A stretch of DNA of 64,000 nt from Octopus sinensis. Taxonomy: Eukaryota. A program made the position numbers and the translations under genes. A model generated the notes under the pieces. That model was not told the origin of the DNA. It ran no database searches and saw only the letters and a program-made list of their open reading frames with translations. Where the stretch lies: positions 134,354,001-134,418,000 of the forward strand of contig NC_042998.1 in the NCBI RefSeq assembly GCF_006345805.1, written 5' to 3'. The number at the start of each line of letters is the position of its first letter. The stretch's first letter is position 1. Below are positions 63,600 through 64,000 of this stretch, in pieces.

Positions 63600-64000
63600 A
63601 TAAGACCCTTGGAAAAATATGTTCCTGTTCCCTTTGGACTCCCTCCACGTAACGAATGGGAATAGTGGATCCCTCACTTCTTCCCTGAAACAGCAATTCG
63701 AGTTGTTCGAATCTACCTCAACAACTGTTCATCTCAGGTCAACCCCGAACAATGGTCAACAACGTAACTTAAAGAAGGCTGTTGACGCCCAAATTCAGCG
63801 CATTTGACATTAAATGGGGCTGTTCGCCTTCTTTCCTCTCTTTCCTCTCTGTCCTCTCTCGTCGCGTATACCACAGACTCCCTCAACCAACTGAAGGAGA
63901 AACATCCTCCGTCCACTCCAGGTGATTGTCTACACTGGCCCTACCCATTAAGTTTTCTACAACCCATCTTCACCCCTGACAATGTCAAGAAAGCAATTGC
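63600..64000 (+). mobile_element. CRE-clade-like non-LTR retrotransposon fragment (cut by the window end)
   Basis: GAVRLLSS..LVAYTTDSLNQLKEKHPPS..FTPDNVKKAI resembles the pre-RT motif GAVRLLSS..AP..ETL..L..KHP..V..AI. Confidence 0.55.

Overview
AT-rich, microsatellite- and transposon-dense eukaryotic DNA. The repeat families look like those of Octopus (coleoid cephalopod); this is inferred from recognition, not from a search. The first 25 kb holds the last five coding exons of a CLINT1/epsinR orthologue on + (538-708, 6129-6267, 17965-18057, 22360-22464, 24760-24944 with stop). Two of these exons look like regulated cassette exons. The right end holds the last two exons of an uncharacterised minus-strand gene (61219-61485, 58418-58722). 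The rest is mostly decayed mobile DNA: RTE, RTE-X, CR1-like, Tx1/L1-like and CRE-like LINE fragments, tRNA-derived SINEs, Penelope-like (GIY-YIG) remnants, Helitrons, hAT-Buster, piggyBac, mariner, pogo/Tigger and Merlin pieces, fold-back elements and a probable solo LTR. The most notable signal is a type I hammerhead ribozyme with a complete catalytic core and an unusually long stem II (27111-27203, minus strand). A structurally equivalent but sequence-divergent relative lies at 52073-52164, beside a Penelope endonuclease remnant and a cluster of palindromes that includes a perfect 210-bp spacer-less one. Almost all ORFs in the supplied track are spurious. There are no CRISPR arrays, rRNA or intact tRNA genes. 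Repeat boundaries without TSD/TIR evidence are approximate.
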